NCBI GenBank assembly: GCA_013265495.1
Contig: MU061538.1
Span: 1,118,001 to 1,182,000, forward strand
Length of the DNA stretch: 64,000 bases
Direction of reading: 5' to 3'
Source: Vicugna vicugna
Taxonomy: Eukaryota
The notes below the pieces were generated by a model. The model saw only the letters and a list, made by a program, of their open reading frames with translations. It had not been told where the DNA came from and did not search any database. Positions 60,725 through 64,000 of the stretch are shown in pieces. Each line of letters starts with the position of its first letter. Position 1 is the stretch's first letter. Position numbers and translations under genes: made by a program.

Positions 60725-63700
60725 TTAGTCCAAATGGACTTTGTGCGTATATATATATATATGTATATATGTATATATACACACACACACACATGGAACA
60801 TTCCATTCCAAAATCAGCAAAATGCACATTGTTTTCAAGTGCTTAAGGGACATTCTCCTGGATAGATCACCTGCTAGGCCTCAAAACAAGTCTTGGTAAA
60901 TTTATGGAAATTGAAATCATATCAGGCATCTTTTTTGACGGCAGCACTGTTAGACAAGATATCAACTACAATAAAAAAAAACTTCACGAAGCACAAATGT
61001 GTGGGGGCGAAACAGTATATTACTAAACAACCAGTGGGTCACTGAAGAAATCAAAGAAGAAATCAAAAGATACTTGTAGGCAAATGAAAATGAAAACAAC
61101 AGTGATCCAAAACCAGTGGGGTTCAGCAAAAGTAGGTCTAAGAAGGACATTTATGGTGGTAAAAGCACACCTCAGGAAACAAGAAAAGTCTCAAGTAAAG
61201 AATCTTGCTGTACACCTAAAGGAACTGGATAAAGAAGAACAAACAAAGCCCAAAGTCAGGAGAAGGAAAGAAAGAATAAATATCAGTAGAAATAAATGAA
61301 GTAGAAACTAGAAAAATAACAATAATATTAGAAAAGATCAATGAAATTAAGAGCTGGTTCTTTGAAAAGATAAATGATCTTGATAAACCTTTACCCAGAC
61401 TGATTAAGAAAAAAAGGGAAAGGAGGTAAATCAATATCAGAAATTAAAAAGAAGTTGCAACCTAAATACAGAGGGTCATAAGAGGTTACTGTGAACAACT
61501 GTACACCAATAAAATGGACAACCTAGAAGAAACGGACAAATTCCTAGAAATGTACAATCTCCCAAGATTGAACCATGAAGAAATAGAAAATATGAACAGA
61601 CCAATTACCGGTAATGAAATAGAATCAGTAATTTAGAACAACAACAACAGAAAACCTCCCAACAAATCAAAAGTCCAGGACCAGATGGCTTCACAGGTAA
61701 ATTCTGCCAAACATTTATAGCAGATTTAACACCTATTCTTCTCAAACTATTCCAGAAAATTGCATTGGAAGGAATGCTTCTGAATTTATTCTATGAGGTC
61801 AGCATCAACATGATATTAAAACCAGACAGAGCTATCACACAAAGAGATTACAGGCCAGTATCACTGAGGAACATGTGCAAAAATTCTCAACAAAATCTTA
61901 GCAAACTGAATCCAACAATACATTAAAAGGATCATACACCACAATCTATTGGGATTCATCCCAATGATGCAAAGATGGTTGGTTCTATATCTGCAAATCA
62001 ATCAATGTGATAATACCACATTAAAAAAATTGAAGAATAAAAAACCATATGATCATCTGAATAGATAATAGCTTTTGACAAACCTCAACATCCATTTATG
62101 ATAGAAACTGCACAAACGGAGTAGAGGAAAAATAGCTGAACATAATAAAGGCCATTTATGGTAAGTCCACAGCTGACATCCTATTCAGTGGTGAAAAGCT
62201 GAAAGCATTTCCTCTAAGATTCGGAACAAGACAAGGATGCCCACTTCTGCCACTTTTATTCAACATAGTATTGGAAGTCCTAGCCATAGCAGTCAGAGAA
62301 GAAAAAGAAATAAAAGGAATCCAAGTTAGAAAGGAAGATGTAAACTGTCACTGTTTACAGATGACATGATACTATACTTAGAGAATCCTACAGATGTCAC
62401 CAAAAAACTACTTGTGAGCTCATCAATGAATTTTATAAAGTTGCAGGGTACAAATTAACATATAGAAATCTGTTGCACTTCTATACACTAACAATGAACT
62501 ATCAGAAAGAGAAATTCAGAAAACAATCTTACCATTGCATCAAAAACAATAAAATACCTAGGTATATAGAAATAGGAAGGTAAAAGAACTGTGCTTGGAA
62601 AACTGTAAGACACTGATGGAAGAAATTGAAGACAATACAGACAGATGAAGGGAAACGCTGTTTTCATAGATTGGAAGAATTCACATTGTTAAAATAATCT
62701 TACTATCAAAGGCAATCTACAGAATCAGTGCAATTCCTGTCAAAATATTGACATTTTTCACAGAACTAGAACAATTAAATTTGTATGAAACCACAAAAGA
62801 TCACAAATTGCCAAAACAATTTTGAGAAAGAAGAAAAAAGCTGGAGATACCAATGTTCCCTGATTTTAAACTATAGTACAAAGCTGTAGTCATCAAAACA
62901 GTGTGTTACTGGCACAAAAGCAGACACATAGATATGGAAGAGAATAGAGAGCCCGGAAATGAACCCATGCATCTGTAGTCAGTTAATCTACAACAAAGGA
63001 GGCAAGAATATACAATGGGGAAAAGACAGTCTCTTTGATAAATGGTGTTGTGAAAGCTGGATGGCTATATGCAAAAGAATCTAACTGGACTACTCCCTCA
63101 CACCATGTACGAAAATAAATTCAAAGCAGGTTAAATATTTAAATATAAGACCTGAAATCGTAAAACTTCTAGAAAAAACATAGGCAGTATGCTCTTAGTC
63201 TTAGTAATGTATTTTGGGATCTGTCTCCTGCGGCCAGGGAAACAAAAGCGAAAATAAACAAATTGGATTACATCAAACTAAAAAGCCTTTGCATGGTGAA
63301 GGAAACTGAATAAGATGAAAAGGCTGCCTACTGAATAGAAGAAGATATTTGCAAATGCTGTATCTGCTAAGGAGCTAATATTCAAAATATACAAAGAACT
63401 CATACAACTGAACATCAAAAACAAACCTGATTTAGAAAATGGACAGAGGATCTGAACAGATTTTTTTTCCAATAAGATATACAGGAACATAAAAAGATGT
63501 TTAACATCACTAATCATCAGGGAAATGCAAACCAAAACCACAATGAGACATCTCACACTTTTCAGAATGGCTATTATCAAAAAGATAACAGCTGTGTTAG
63601 TGAGGAGGTGGAGAAAAGGAACCCTGGTGCACTGTTGGCTGGAATGGAAGTTGGTGCGGCCGCTATGGAGAATAGTATGGAAATTCCTCAGAGAACTAAA

Positions 63701-64000
63701 AATAGAATTGCCACATGATCCAGTAGTTCCACACCTGGGTATTTATCAGAAGAAAACAATAAAACTAATTAGGAAAGATATACACCCTGTGTTCATTGCA
63801 GCATTATTTACAGTAGCCAAGGTATGGAAACACTCTAAGTGCCCATCAATGGAGGAATGGATAAAGATGTGGTGTGTGTGTGTGTGTGTGTGTGTGTGTA
63901 CACATGCACACAAACACACAATGGATCATTCTCCAGCCATTAAAAAGAATGAAACATTGCCATTTGTGACAAGGGTGGACCTAGAGGATATTATGCTTGG
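60725..64000 (+). mobile_element. L1 ORF2 (endonuclease end, RT, C-terminus) and start of 3' UTR, inactivated; runs off the window end
   Basis: RT motifs GTRQGCPL (about 62223) and [10 protein letters not shown] (about 62351); multiple stops and frameshifts; (AT)n(AC)n expansion at about 60748-60793 and (GT)n at about 63872-63899. Confidence 0.95.

Noticed and set aside
60725..64000. Active L1 or novel reverse-transcriptase system
   Set aside because: Ordinary L1 ORF2 with many stops and frameshifts, no attached 5' UTR or ORF1, and FADD altered to FTDD
48538..64000. LMBR1 exons 16-17
   Set aside because: I found no sequence encoding GITRFDLLGDFG with splice sites; they presumably lie beyond the window

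Overview
This is mammalian genomic DNA, not prokaryotic; the SINE and L1 3' ends point to a cetartiodactyl, most likely a camelid. The window covers the interior of LMBR1 on the + strand. It starts in intron 5 inside the ZRS/MFCS1, the long-range limb enhancer of SHH (about 1-610, 5' part cut off by the window edge). Ten coding exons follow (human-numbered 6-15, 19828-48537), which splice into an uninterrupted 802-nt frame (GIRARILETL...PVMSRTLG), and the window ends in intron 15. Intron 13 (46937-47168) is a U12-type minor-spliceosome intron. The rest is intron with L1, L2, MIR, MaLR/ERV LTR, Tigger1, MER3 and MER47 remnants and simple repeats. Nearly all ORFs in the supplied track are spurious or repeat-derived. 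The most important element (ZRS) is already well known. The best candidates for less-described signals are an SBE5-like enhancer island near 49.9-50.1 kb, a 9-nt in-frame microexon candidate at 13199-13207, and lineage-specific ZRS substitutions. All comparisons to human, mouse or repeat consensus sequences are from memory and need confirming by alignment.
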